A stretch of DNA of 63,935 nucleotides, the filler included, from Octopus bimaculoides (Eukaryota): NCBI RefSeq assembly GCF_001194135.2. It is 5 parts of 5 records of this genome, joined end to end, with 100 filler letters (N's around TTAATTAATTAA, not from the genome) between each part and the next. Parts side by side here need not be neighbours in the genome. Positions count along the whole stretch, not along the records: positions 1 to 27,990 come from NC_068986.1; positions 28,091 to 31,873 come from NC_068985.1; positions 31,974 to 49,241 come from NC_068982.1; 2 more parts are not named here. The stretch is one strand, 5' to 3'. A program made the translations under genes and the position numbers. Of the stretch, positions 23,861 through 35,622 are shown in pieces; position 1 is the first letter of the stretch; the number at the start of each line of letters is the position of its first letter. The notes beneath the pieces are model-generated. The model had not been told where the DNA came from. It was given only the letters and a program-made list of their open reading frames with translations, and did not search any database.

Positions 23861-26800
23861 ATCTAGGTTGTATGTATACAAATATATAAGCATAATGACC
23901 TTTGTAAACACGCGCGCGCGCAATTCCAGTATAGACACGTAAATTTAGAGCCGATTCGTGAGTGGTAGGAAAACGTGGGGTGATAGAAGTGTGTTTGGGG
24001 AAGCAGTGTTAGGAGCAATATTGTTGTAGTTCTTACTTCTTTCACCCTTCTTCCTTCTCTTCCTCTTCTTACTACTTCTACTACTACTGCTGCTACTATT
24101 ACTACTGCCACTGCTCATGTTTCTCCCATTAGTATTACTAATTCTTCTGTATTGCAAACAATGACAAGGGGGGGGGGTGAAATAAAGCAAAAGAGTGAAT
24201 GAATATCAATGAAAATAAAACTGTAATCGTTTTCCTTCCTTGTTGTTGTCTACGGTCAAAGAAGAACTGTGGGTAGTGCGGTGGTGGTGGCGCCGGTAGC
24301 GGCGGCGGCGGCGGTAGCGGCGGCGGCGGTAGCNNNNNNNNNNNNNNNNNNNNNNNNNNNNNNNNNNNNNNNNNNNNNNNNNNNNNNNNNNNNNNNNNNN
24401 NNNNNNNNNNNNNNNNNNNNNNNNNNNNNNNNNAATGGTAGTGGCGTTGTCGGTGTTGGTGTTGATGTTCGTGGTGTTGGCGTTGGTGCTGGTCATGGAG
24501 TTGTTGTTGTTGTTGTTGTTGTTGTCCGTACTGATGGGGGGGGGCGGTGCTGCTCGCGAGTGAACTACTTTCGTCGTTGTTGATGATCGTGATTGTATTC
24601 TTGTTGATATCACTGGTGGTTGCTGGCAGCACTGGTTTTGTTGCTGTTGTTGTTGTTGTTGTTAATAGTGAGGGGTGTGATGGGGATGATGATGGTGGCA
24701 GTGGGTTTTGGTATTATTCTTGCTTTCTTTTCCAGCAAATTGAAGAAATTGACAACCAAGAAATACGAAAGACACAAACAAACAAAAACAACTAAAATAC
24801 AATAAATAGCAGCAGCAGCAACAACACCAACAAAAATAATTGACCAACAAACCAATCAGCCAATCAGCCAATCAAACCAGCCGCACACATTGAATCACAC
24901 ACGTGCTCGCAGACACACCCACACAGTCACACACATTCACGCACTCACCAAAATGAAGGAAACACAAAGAAAGCTACAAAATTTGTCAAGAGAAAAAAAA
25001 TTATTTTTTCAATTTCATATTTACTTAGCAGCGAATCTAACCATCTTGGGAGAGGAAGTGTTTAAATAGTTTCAATAGTTATCGGCGTTTACACTTTCTT
25101 CCAAAGATGAAAAGAGAGGCAGACAAATTAAAATGTCTTAGCTATGAAATAGTAACACTTTTATAATTAAGATCTTATTATGATTTCTAACCTTAAGCGA
25201 GATGTTAATTTTCTTTTTTATTTTCTTTTTTCCATTCTTTTTTGTTTAATATATTTCCAAAATTTTACTCACAATTAGTTTTCATCACACACTTTTGATT
25301 TCTTTTCTTGCAATTCTTCTTTCTTTCAATTTTTTCTTCTATATTTTTATTCCTTCTCTTTTTCTTATTTATTCCGTCATTCATTCAAGGAAAAAGATAA
25401 CCAACTCAACTAATTTAATAAGAACTCTACGATTTTCTTCTTTCGTTAGTCACATTCTGACATATGAACTGCTTAAATGTGTAGCATAGTGCCAGTGACA
25501 TCGCAAGGCACAGTGTAGGTGGCCTCACATGTGGTTATATCATGGACTAGAGCCGAGTGACCTTATACGTATTTAAGGTTACTTGTGAAGGATTCCCATC
25601 CACAATGGCAGCAGGACAATGTGTTAAGTTTGCAATAATGGTGTTCTGGATTCCATTATGCTGCATGGCACTTTCTACCAAGATCTGCTATGGCTTCTAG
25701 TTGGTATCAAATCCATTACCTGATCTGATATTACTACTTCTATCTTGAGTACCTTTTACTTGTGCCAAGCTTTTCAGAAGCAGACTGAAATCAAATTTCG
25801 TTCTCAAATACCACATTAAAAGATCATTGGCTTTGCGATTCCTTCTCAAACTAAGCTATAGAATCTTTGATACTATTTCTCTTATATCGAGCACGAACTA
25901 AGATATTTGACGATGTATGAAACGATAACATTATATCATATATAGCAAACAATGCGTAGAATATAACAATTTACACAGTGTATGTTTCACTGAAAAATTC
26001 TATATTTCTAGGCCAATGAAACTGCAAAGCACATTTCATTACCAACCACGTTACGTTTTACGACAAAACACATTTCACTATAAACGAAACCTGTCATATT
26101 TTGTCACAAACAAGATTTTTCACTACAAACCATTACAATTCACCATAGAGCTTTGTTGTATGTGTCACCTTAATCTGTATTGGATTGTATTGGAGTAAGT
26201 CGTTCATTTGTCGGGCAAGGAAGCACTATTTTTTAACAAGCACCTGGTCTGCTATCTCTTATTTTGCTTGTATTGGAGTAAGTCATTCATTCGTTTCCAT
26301 CGCCAATGACGTTAGCAAAAGATACACTAATCTCGCTGATGTTAATTCTATAAACGTTTCTGTTTGTAACATTTTTTGCATTCCAATTAATATTTAGATT
26401 TTTTGTTTTGTATTTGAATGTGTCTTCGACAGAAAACATTAAGTTGTTTAACCTCGAAGCTCTGTCTCGGGTAGGTTTGATTTTATTTTTTCATAGTCTC
26501 TTATGTTATTTCCTGTTTCTTTCATTTTCCTTTTTTTTTTTTTTGGTGTGGCTTGAAAGTAATTGTGGGTGTGTTTACTTAGATTATTGAGACTGCTGGT
26601 ACCCTCACTGTATATAATACGCTTCCCCTGTGATTCCGAGGATATTTACCACTATAAAAAATCGATACAAATGACTGTAGGAAGAAAAAACATTATAAAG
26701 TAGTAGTAGTAGTAGCTAAAGAAGAAAAACAGTAAAAGAAAATCGTGATAGTGTTGATGATGACCATGATCGTGATGGAGAATTGGCGCGATAAGAAATA

Positions 26801-27241
26801 ACAAGAAACGAGAAGAAACAACATCGTAACGATAATGAGAGAAGAGAAAGAGAAATACTAAGAAAGGAAAGATAATTAAGAAAATAACAGAAAAAAAAAC
26901 AGAGAAAAAGAAGGTGAAAAGAAGAAAACTTTTGGGCATCGAAGAAGAACTAGACAAAGACAAAAGGTTAATGAGACCAAATTCACAGATATTTACAAGG
27001 AAAATCACAAATATTTGATGAACAATATCGATAGTAACGAGTGACATCGCCATTCCTTAATTCTTTCAGACACTAACTCAATTTGGTATTACGTAATGAC
27101 CTATCAACTAACTACGTATCATTGGTACCTAGCTGGCTATATATACCTGTCTATACTAGTTTCGTAGTCTATTTATATCAAGCTTCACAGCATAAGCAAG
27201 CCTGTAAACACTCGATACAAATGTGTGAGTGTGTGTTTGTG

Positions 27242-27278
<37 letters not shown>

Positions 27279-27366
27279 ATGTGTCTGTGTGTATGTATAT
27301 AAATATNNNNNNNNNNTGTATATAAATATACATATATGTACACAGATATATATATTTGTGTATATA

Positions 27367-27397
<31 letters not shown>

Positions 27398-27764
27398 TTA
27401 TACGTATATATAGACACATATACAGATACACATTTATATATCTATATAAAGTATATATATTTTATATATACTTTATATATATACTTTATATACATAAAGT
27501 GTGTATATTAATATATGTAAATGATTATGTTGTTAATATATACATGTATATAAATATATACATACATATATATGTACATATATATATATAAAATAATTTA
27601 TATATAAATATGAAAGATTATATTGTTAATATATATATACATGTACACACATATAGACACATGCATATATATACACATACATATACGCACACGCACATAC
27701 AGAGAGGGAAGGAAGAAAGAGGCGAAACATTCATACAGACAGGCTGACTGACTGACTGACTGAT

Positions 27765-27775
27765 AGACAGACAGG

Positions 27776-27864
<89 letters not shown>
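27765..27864. repeat. (GATA)n microsatellite
   Basis: Pure tetranucleotide run read directly from the sequence. Confidence 0.95.
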
Positions 27865-28034
27865 GGGGTAATTTTTGCAAACAGATTACAGAAAATGTTG
27901 GGTTCCATTTTTAAAATTTATATTTTAAAGCTAATCATAAATATTTATTCATTGTTTATGATTTAGTCTGGAGCTATAACCTTTGTGAAGNNNNNNNNNN
28001 NNNNNNNNNNNNNNNNNNNNNNNNNNNNNNNNNN

Positions 28035-28046
28035 TTAATTAATTAA
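28035..28046. other. Assembly linker TTAATTAATTAA (also at 31918, 49286 and 54363)
   Basis: The identical 12-mer has stop codons in all six frames and is always flanked by exactly 44 N on each side, giving a 100-bp spacer. Confidence 0.92.
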
Positions 28047-29235
28047 NNNNNNNNNNNNNNNNNNNNNNNNNNNNNNNNNNNNNNNNNNNNATATGGAGAG
28101 AGAGAGAGAGAAAGAGAAACACATATGTGCTAAAGTGTGTATATGCTTATACATATATGTGTGTGTGTGTGTGAGTGCATATATATATATGTATTTATGC
28201 ATGCTAATATGGTGTATAGACGCATGTATGTGTGCACGTATGTATACACGCATGAACTTATGATGGCATACATGCATGTATCTGGTTATGCATATATGCA
28301 CGCATGCGTGTATGTATAAGCGCATGAATTACATTGTTCCCTTTGGGGGTTCTACTCACCTCCTCATCAGGAGGTTTCATCACGGCGAACCACGAATATA
28401 ACATTTATAATTTAAATTGCATCTACCTTAACGTCGATTGAGTGGGTTGCCTACTAAGTATTAGCTTGCAAGAAAGAATGATAATGATAATAATAATAAT
28501 TATAATTTTTTTGTTATAAGTCTCTATTGCTGTTGTTGCTGTTTTCGTTATTTTTATTCTTGGTGTTTTGTCTTGATATCAAGGAACGTTTTTCTTCCCA
28601 CGTAATGTCAGCTTATTTTCCCGTCTCACCCCGCTTCCCTACATGCTCTATGGTGATATTTTTGCTATCCATGCTTCTTGTAATGAAGGTATGGATTTAT
28701 ACAAAATCGTTGACTTCAGTCGAAGCTAAGACACATAGCTTTACAAAACCAACAGATATTTGTAAAGTACATCATCGTTTCCCTTTGAGGAAAAGCGCGC
28801 GGCTCGAGTAGCCACGAGAAATAAAACGATAACTCAATGAGTGCTGGGCCTGTAATAATTTACAGAGGGTATAAATGTTGTCGATCCAATGTTAGTGGAA
28901 AACAATAAATATCATTGCGGTTAAGTGATGTAATACGGTCTATGTTTTTAACTGTTTAAATTTACTAGCATTACAAGAGGTACCCGCGCACGTAGCTGCC
29001 TTCTACTCGTTATAAACAAGCTTTACTCAACATTTGCATGTTTCCAGCAATCCCCTATGTCAGTACAAATCCGTTTTATCCTCAAAAATTGGGATTTCGG
29101 ATTTGACCAAATAATATGATGTTGATGATCGGAACGGCAGTGGAGATAAATATGGGATGACGTGGGCTTGCAAAATAACTTCGTGGTTTGCATATCTATT
29201 TGAACGCACTATTATTATTATTATTATTATTATTG

Positions 29236-29508
29236 TTCAGTAGTATTATTTTTATAACGTGCTTTCACTTCACTACCGAGCGCAGCCCTGTGTGCCTTGG
29301 GTATATGCTGTGGTTTGCTGTGATGCTCTTATGGTTACTGTATTGAAGGTGTTTTGCGTAGGATGAGTGCTGTGCCCAGTAGTGCAATTTTCTGTATGTT
29401 ATATATATTTGTAAGTCCTGGTGTTTTTGTTATGTATTTGTCTGAATATCTTGTTATTATACCTAAGGCACCTACTATGATAGGAATTGTTTCTGTTTTT
29501 AGATTCCA

Positions 29509-29509
<1 letters not shown>
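29236..29509 (-). mobile_element. Heavily 5'-truncated Dong/R4-type LINE 3' end inserted in (TAA)n
   Basis: MWNLKTETIPIIVGALG...IQKIALLGTAHILRK followed by a 3' UTR, with (ATT)n tracts on both flanks. Confidence 0.85.
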
Positions 29510-29580
<71 letters not shown>

Positions 29581-29759
29581 CGTTAGTCAAGACGAAGAGC
29601 GCGATTCGATTGTAATAGATATTTCATTGTTTGAACAATATTTCGACAGTAAGTCTGTCTTTGTCAAGTTCAAAATAAGAAGCGATAAAAATTGAAAATT
29701 ATATGTCTGGAAATGTATAAAATAGTACCTACTCTGCGAAACTTCTTTTCTGTAAGTAT

Positions 29760-31756
29760 GAGATCATGGAGAACCTCACTGACTTTGAACAGTGACAATG
29801 AATCTCTCAATGCTGGAGATGTAAGAATTTTATTTAGCATTTTCTAGGGTGGTGCTCAGTCACAACTCCTCTTTTGTCTAGCAGTAATACCTCTCTCAAA
29901 ATTGCTTGCTGACGTACAATATGGCTATAAAATGTTTGACAAAATTATAAATCATCTATTTTACATGGATGATTTAAAGCTCTTTGCAAAAATGACCAAC
30001 ACCTACAGGGATTACCAGCAACTGTTAAACAATTCGGAGATGACATCAGGATGCAATTTGGCTTTGATAGATGTGCAAAAACTACTTTTATCAGCGAAAA
30101 AATTATAGAGACATCCAAAGTTAATCTTGACCAGCAGAATGTTATAAGGGAGTTAGAACCAGTGGAGAGCTACAAATACCTAGGGGTATTTCAAGGTAAT
30201 GGAAAGAAACATTCAATGATGAGGGAAAGGATCAGAAGAGAATGTTATCGCAAGGTAAGGGCAATACTCAAGACAGACCTGAATACAAGAAACAAGATCG
30301 AAGCGATCGATACTTTAGCCATACCGGTTGTGATTCACAGTTTCAATATCATTAACTGGTCAATTACAGAAATATGTAATGTTGACAGACAAATACGAAA
30401 ATTGTTGACAATGCATATAAGGCACCACCCTAAGGCAGATATAGAACGACTTTACCTACGAAAAAAAGAGGTTAGCGGTAGGCTTTTGCAACTGGAATTA
30501 ACAATGGATACTGCCACACTTGGCCAAAACACCTACCTGAAAATCTCTGGTGTTAGAAATTGTCTTAAAGCATGAAATCAAAGAAACATCATGCTCAAAA
30601 ACAAAACAGGCAAAGAAATATATATGTGAATTCAAAATATAACAAATCCCAGAATTAGACGTACTGGAAACAAGCACAGGAAAAGCTAAGCATATGAAGA
30701 CCCGTGCTAAAACTGCTGCCTTAGGTATTCTTATTGATAAACGGCAAGAAATAACTCTCAATGGCAAATATCCAAAGAGAGCTAATAATGCCGCTGTTGA
30801 CAAAGTCCTTACCGATCAATGGTTAGTGTCTTCTGGCGTAAAATCAGGGACAGAAGGGTTTACCATAGCAGCCCAAAACCAATGGCTACCTAGTAGAAGC
30901 TACCAAGTAAACATCTTAGAGAACGGCAGTAGCCCAACATGTCATGTTGCCTCCATGTGTATTCTTCCTGGGCCTACATTTTAGTTCAACAGGCATGGTG
31001 GAGTAGCACACTATATTCACTGGGTAAATTTCAAAGTCTTAGATCTGCCCCATGATAAAAACAGGTCGGGTAACAAACCACCCCTAGTGCTTGAAAATGA
31101 CCACATCTCATTCCTTTGGAAGTTCGCTGTTCCAACAGACGGAAGGACATATACAAATAGGCGTGACATTATATTGTAGGACTTCAGACAAATATCATGC
31201 CTCCTCATTGATAAGACTGTGTCAATCGACATAAATGTATCTGTCAAGATCTACCACAATGTGAGCAAGTCTAAAGATTTTGAGATAGAAATTGGCAAAA
31301 TATGGAACCTCAAGACTAAGACAATACTTGTTGCCCTGGGAATGATAGCAAAAGGGGCTGATTGCTACCTAGCACAGATACCAGGAAATTCCAATCTGGC
31401 AGAAATTCAAAAAATAGTATTCGTGGGAACTGTTCGTATCCTACGTAAATTAGTGTATATGTTATTCACAAAATATTTTAATCTGTAAACAGAGTCAAAT
31501 TACGTTTAAATGTACATAACAGCCAACAACTTTTATTGTCATCTTCATATCAGACTATCATCTTATAATCAAATTACGTTTAAAACAAGCTTCTAATATA
31601 CTTATGTTTTGACAGACATTTACAAGAATAATGCTCTGTGCAAAACTAAATACTCGGCACTCTAGGCATAACGCCAAATTTGACTGTTAACTTGTCTCTT
31701 GAGGTCTCTGGGTGAGAGTTAGTCAACTTGTACAAATACAAAGCAAAAGTCAAACA
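29760..31756 (+). mobile_element. Decayed Dong/R4-type LINE (RT to RLE plus 3' UTR)
   Basis: HLFYMDDLKLFAK, YKYLG, HHPKADIERLYLRKKE, TEGFTIAAQNQ and IQKIVFVGTVRILRK. Followed by an (ACT)n(AAT)n tail. Confidence 0.88.
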
Positions 31757-31873
<117 letters not shown>

Positions 31874-32114
31874 NNNNNNNNNNNNNNNNNNNNNNNNNNN
31901 NNNNNNNNNNNNNNNNNTTAATTAATTAANNNNNNNNNNNNNNNNNNNNNNNNNNNNNNNNNNNNNNNNNNNNATGGCCACCAGGCATATAAAACGGCCT
32001 TTCCTTCCCGGTTAAAGGAAGGCGGCGGGGCGATCTTCACGAGGGATTCGGTTGACAGCCGGATCCGTCCCACAAGCGACAGAATGTATTCGACATAAAC
32101 CCAACAACAACAAC

Positions 32115-32167
<53 letters not shown>

Positions 32168-32196
32168 TGATGATGATGATGATAGTAATAATAATG

Positions 32197-32338
32197 GTTT
32201 CAAATTTTGGCACAAGGCCAGCAACTTCAGTGAAGTCGGTAAGTCAATTACATCGATCCCTGCGCTCAACGTAAAGACGGACGAAATGCCGCTAAGCACT
32301 GTGTCCGGCATACAAACGATTCAGCCAGCTCGTCGCCA
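32197..32338 (-). mobile_element. SINE family A copy with an internal deletion
   Basis: Head and tail match family A; the middle is missing. Confidence 0.7.
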
Positions 32339-32397
32339 TAAAAACAACAACAATGATGGTGATGATGATGAAAGATGATGATGGTGATGATGCTGCT

Positions 32398-32428
<31 letters not shown>

Positions 32429-32654
32429 ATGCGATCCTCCTGATACAGAAGGACTTCTAGAGTAACCAAGGAACCCCACAAGAACCGAGTCATTACTTTT
32501 AACTAAGAAATAAATTCCTCTTTAAAAAAGCACTTTACTGATACTTTGATTTATCGACCCTGGAAAGATGAAACTAAATTCGATTTCAGCAAGGTTTGAA
32601 GTCAGAACATAAACGGACCTAAGTAAATACAGCATGGCATTTAATTTTTATTTC

Positions 32655-32880
32655 TTTACTGCCCACAAGAGGCTACACACAGAGAGGACAAACAAGGACA
32701 GATAAACGGATTAAGTCGATTATATCGACCCAAGTGCGTAACTGGTACTTAATTTATCGACCCCGAAAGGATGAAAGGCAAAGTCAACCTCAGCAGAATT
32801 TGAACTCAGAACGTAACGGCAGACGAAATACCGCTAAGCATTTCGCTCGGTGTTCTAACGCTTCTGCCAGCTCGCTGCCT
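32655..32880 (-). mobile_element. SINE family A copy
   Basis: Well-preserved reverse complement of family A. Confidence 0.85.
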
Positions 32881-32914
32881 TAATTCTGCCATCTACTGCT
32901 TTCATTATAACAAC

Positions 32915-33125
32915 AAAAGTAGCGACCAGCTAGAATCGTGTCTGAAAAATGCTTAACGGCGTTTCTTTCAGCTCTTTACGTTCTGAGTTTAAATGCCTTC
33001 GCGGTCGACTTTGCCTTTCATCCTTTCGGGATCAATAAATTAAGTACCAGTTGAGCACTGGGATCGATGTACTCGACTTACACCCTCCCTTGAAACAGAT
33101 GATCTTGTGTCAAAATTTGAAACCA
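32915..33125 (+). mobile_element. SINE family A copy, head-to-head with 32655-32880
   Basis: CGTTCTGAGTTTAAAT...GGTCGACTTTGCCTTTCATCCTTTCGGG...AAGTACCAGTTG. Confidence 0.8.
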
Positions 33126-33197
33126 TTATAACAACAACATCAACAACGAAATGAAAAAGAAATGGAAAAAGTTTTTAAAAAAGAAAACAAATCTTAC

Positions 33198-34520
33198 TCG
33201 GTAAAGCTTTTCCGAATAATGTTCCGATATCTGATGTAAACGTTTCCTCTTCGTTCTCAATCTATTTCCAGTGTCTGATCCAGCGACGCTGTCTAATGCA
33301 GTGACTTGATATGAAGATTTATCTCTTTGTTCGCTATCAGAACTATTGGTGTAAGTGGAAACAGAATAGACTGGAGCAGAATTCAAATCTATCTGCTTGG
33401 GATCAATCTCAATATCTTGAATGTCATCATCCTGGTCGGATATAATTTCTTCTGAATTGAAATTGGTTCTGTTTAATTCATTGTTACTTTGCTGACTGTG
33501 TCGCCTTTTCCGAACAGATACAATAGAACCATCAGGGAGTGTTATCTTAGAATCACCTGTCTCGTCTAAATATACTGAATTATTACTATAAACGCTCGAA
33601 CTGATATTAGGTGTTATTTGAACGATACCTAGATCAGAGTTGACAGCAGTGATATTTTCACGATTGTTGATATTTGTAACAGAATAAATTGTATTTGCAG
33701 TTACCTCTGGTGTTAGATGTGCTCCAGAATTGTGTTGATTTACGTTTGATCGTCCGGTAGCTTTTAAATTTGAAACAATATTTGCATTTGCTTTATTTAT
33801 TATCGTTGGTGATTGAGTGTTTCTGGACGGGGAACTATTCAATTGGTCTTCTACATCATCAAGAATATCGGATTGGGAATACACCGAAGAAACTTGCAGA
33901 TAACTAGTGTTATTTCCAGCTGTCTCGTTGACACTAGTATTAGAGATCAATTGGTTGCTGCTATTACTTAATCCATGACTAACTTGAGTAACACCTGCGA
34001 TAAAGTTATTATCTCCGGCCGACAAAGAAAGTTCATTAACCTCTTCTACAGAATTGTGCAAAGAGGAATTTCGATCTACAGAATATGAACTACTACCAGC
34101 TTTTCCGTCAGATGCATTAGCACCAATGCTTTTGCTTATATTCAATATAGCTTCGGCGAGCAGAGGGGTATATTCTCCTGAACCGATTCCTAAAGCCAAA
34201 GCACCACTCAATCCTAAAGAGGACCCGGACGCACCGTCAGCACCTTGGTTTCGGCGCCGCCGCTGCATTTCGGCTTTTTTCGTTTCGCTCAGCAGACATA
34301 CCCATTTCCGTCTCACATCGTTCACAGTTCGGTGTTCACCCATGACGGACTCCACAGAATTGACTTTACGAGCAATGCATTCCCATGCATGTTGCTTTGC
34401 TTGGTTAGATACAGGTGTGTTACGTTTAGTGAATAATATATCTTTCCTGGCTTGTACATTAGCAACTAGTACCTCAAGTTCCTGCTTTGTAAAATTTGCT
34501 TTCCTTTTACGGGATAACAT
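33198..34520 (-). CDS. Myb/SANT-like DNA-binding domain protein (Myb_DNA-bind_5; MSANTD/NAIF1-like), first coding exon
   Basis: 441 uninterrupted codons from ATG. The N-terminus RKRKANFTKQELEVLV...AKQHAWECIARKVN...RTVNDVRRKW has the conserved Trp pattern and is followed by a Ser/Asn-rich linker and basic NLS-like runs. The exon ends at a phase-0 CGA|GTAAGA donor, and the T-rich read-through to 33126 looks intronic. Confidence 0.88.
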
Positions 34521-34851
34521 TTTAACAAAGTTTTTTTTTATTTATTTAGGGAATGAAAATTATTAAATAATCATAGATAAAAAAAATAATGACCTTCTTT
34601 TATGCTTATTTCTAATTGAGTTACAATTCTACATAATAAGAAGAATGTATTTTCCTTAAAGAAATCTGTCTCTTTACCTAGGAATCACAACTGTGTTGGG
34701 GCACCCGGTTTTTCTCCTTTTCTTCCTGCAAAGGTCACTTTTCCGGAAGATTCAAACTAAAATGTGTGTTAAAATTAGTGTTTTCTGTTTATGTTATGCT
34801 TTCTTATGTTATATCTGATTATTAAATGCGCGCGTGCGTATGCGCGTGAGC

Positions 34852-34890
<39 letters not shown>

Positions 34891-35585
34891 NNNNNNNNNN
34901 NNNNNNNNNNNNNNNNNNNNNNNNNNNNNNNNNNNNNNNNNNNNNNNNNNNNNNNNNNNNNNNNNNNNNNNNNNNNNNNNNNNNNNNNNNNNNNNNNNNN
35001 NNNNNNNNNNNNNNNNNNNNNNNNNNNNNNNNNNNNNNNNNNNNNNNNNNNNNNNNNNNNNNNNNNNNNNNNNNNNNNNNNNNNNNNNNNNNNNNNNNNN
35101 NNNNNNNNNNNNNNNNNNNNNNNNNNNNNNNNNNNNNNNNNNNNNNNNNNNNNNNNNNNNNNNNNNNNNNNNNNNNNNNNNNNNNNNNNNNNNNNNNNNN
35201 NNNNNNNNNNNNNNNNNNNNNNNNNNNNNNNNNNNNNNNNNNNNNNNNNNNNNNNNNNNNNNNNNNNNNNNNNNNNNNNNNNNNNNNNNNNNNNNNNNNN
35301 NNNNNNNNNNNNNNNNNNNNNNNNNNNNNNNNNNNNNNNNNNNNNNNNNNNNNNNNNNNNNNNNNNNNNNNNNNNNNNNNNNNNNNNNNNNNNNNNNNNN
35401 NNNNNNNNNNNNNNNNNNNNNNNNNNNNNNNNNNNNNNNNNNNNNNNNNNNNNNNNNNNNNNNNNNNNNNNNNNNNNNNNNNNNNNNNNNNNNNNNNNNN
35501 NNNNNNNNNNNNNNNNNNNNNNNNNNNNNNNNNNNNNNNNNNNNNNNNNNNNNNNNNNNNNNNNNNNNNNNNNNNNNNNNNNNNN

Positions 35586-35622
<37 letters not shown>

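Noticed and set aside
28340-28380. Hammerhead-like CTGATGA on the minus strand
   Set aside because: GAAA is replaced by CAAA/AAA, and there is no stem I partner or NUH triplet downstream.
28964-29000. Helitron-like 3' end on the minus strand
   Set aside because: The hairpin is imperfect and its spacing to CTAG is longer than typical.
33126-33197. Hydrophobic C-terminal 'membrane anchor' on the MSANTD ORF
   Set aside because: It begins exactly at a GTAAGA donor and is T-rich intron read-through.
34054-34566. 170-aa plus-strand ORF
   Set aside because: Antisense shadow of the MSANTD exon.
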